Origin: an uncultured Bacteroidales bacterium | GTDB taxonomy: Bacteria > Bacteroidota > Bacteroidia > Bacteroidales > VadinHA17 | Assembly: GCA_963849615.1 (NCBI GenBank) | Contig: CAWKIC010000010.1 | Span: 13,396 to 77,395, forward strand | Direction: 5' to 3' | DNA length: 64,000 bases | Part shown: piece by piece, positions 63,363 through 64,000 of the stretch | Layout of the letters: each line of letters opens with the position of its first letter | Position numbering within the stretch: position 1 is the first letter of the stretch | The notes under the pieces: generated by a model | The model's database searches: none | Told to the model about the DNA's origin: nothing | What the model saw: the letters and a program-made list of their open reading frames with translations, nothing else | Position numbers and translations under genes: made by a program

Positions 63363-64000
63363 ATGATAAGACCAAGCCTTACCTGCAAGAAATTTTTCCT
63401 GGCAGTGGCTTTGTCATTATCAGTAATCCAGCTTATTGCAGCAGACCGTTATTCAGTTGCAACAGGCAACTGGAACCTGAATTCAACATGGTCTGCTACT
63501 TCCGGCGGAGCAGCGGGTGCATCGTTCCCTGTTGCCGGAGATAATGTCTTTATAGAAGGAGGCTTTACAGTAACTACAGCAGCAAGTACAGCTTGTGCAA
63601 ATTTAAGTATAGCCAATGGCTCGACTTTAGCAGTCGGAGGATTTGATATTACAGTAAGCGGAACAACAACGCTAAATGGGACCATCAATCATACAAGTAC
63701 AACAGGAACAAAAACCTTTACCGGATTAATTACTATTAATGCCACCGGTATATGGAATAACAATACTGTTAATGAACAAATTAATTTCAGAGGGGGTGTT
63801 TCAAACAGTGGTACATTTAACGCAGGTACAGGCACTTATACTTTCAACACGAACAATCAGGCATTAACAGGAACATTATCAATACCAAATGTAACGGTAA
63901 CTGGTATTACTCTTACCAATAACAGTACTTTGACAATCGGAACCGCCCTCGCTGGAACCGGAGGATTGACTCAGGCAGTGAATTCTGTACTAAACCTGGG
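63363..64000 (+). CDS. large secreted beta-helix/adhesin-like protein, N-terminal fragment (3' end outside window)
   Basis: An ATG at 63363 is followed by a signal peptide. The frame stays open to the window end, with repetitive G/T/N-rich motifs (GNWN..STWS, TTLNGTINH, GTGTYTFNTNNQALTG). It is not in the ORF track because it has no stop. Confidence 0.6.
   Translation, partial: MIRPSLTCKKFFLAVALSLSVIQLIAADRYSVATGNWNLNSTWSATSGGAAGASFPVAGDNVFIEGGFTVTTAASTACANLSIANGSTLAVGGFDITVSGTTTLNGTINHTSTTGTKTFTGLITINATGIWNNNTVNEQINFRGGVSNSGTFNAGTGTYTFNTNNQALTGTLSIPNVTVTGITLTNNSTLTIGTALAGTGGLTQAVNSVLNL

Overview
This is a 64-kb chromosomal fragment that looks Bacteroidota-like. Supporting signs are TAnnTTTG-type promoter boxes, many glycoside hydrolases, DUF4402 and DUF2141 proteins, and a beta-helix adhesin N-terminus. 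I can support about 55 protein genes and one tRNA.

Gene content:
- Glycan-degradation genes: GH92, GH95, two GH78, GH16, a GHL10-like lipoprotein and a PUL-type FAD oxidoreductase.
- A sugar-uptake and redox cluster: PfkB kinase, FucP-like MFS transporter, SDR, FAD flavoprotein and OYE-type flavin reductase.
- An envelope-stress cluster (PspC, PadR, PspC) plus paralogous outer-membrane barrels.
- Housekeeping genes: rsgA, bcp, serA, mscL.
- A MarR-crtI-crtB carotenoid cluster.
- A pentaheme c-type cytochrome next to an outer-membrane barrel that carries its own CxxCH motif.
- A DUF4402 / PapD-like chaperone / adhesin cluster at the 3' end.

I saw no rRNA, CRISPR array, integrase, transposase or reverse transcriptase.

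Most unusual observations:
1. tRNA-Asn(GTT) is followed on its own strand by a tandem array of pseudo-copies of its 3' two-thirds. This includes four 89-bp units, one unit occupied by a GIY-YIG nuclease ORF whose last 10 codons and stop lie inside the tRNA-like sequence, and one unit with the ORF internally deleted.
2. The cytochrome plus heme-motif barrel pair is bracketed and split by palindromic repeats.
3. There are at least three dispersed intergenic repeat families, including a ~170-bp MITE-like element present in two ~95%-identical copies.
4. About 25 genes carry frame disruptions, and these cluster in blocks rather than being evenly spread. This could be sequencing or consensus error or real decay; the sequence alone cannot decide.

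All family calls rest on motifs read by eye from the translations. No database search was run.
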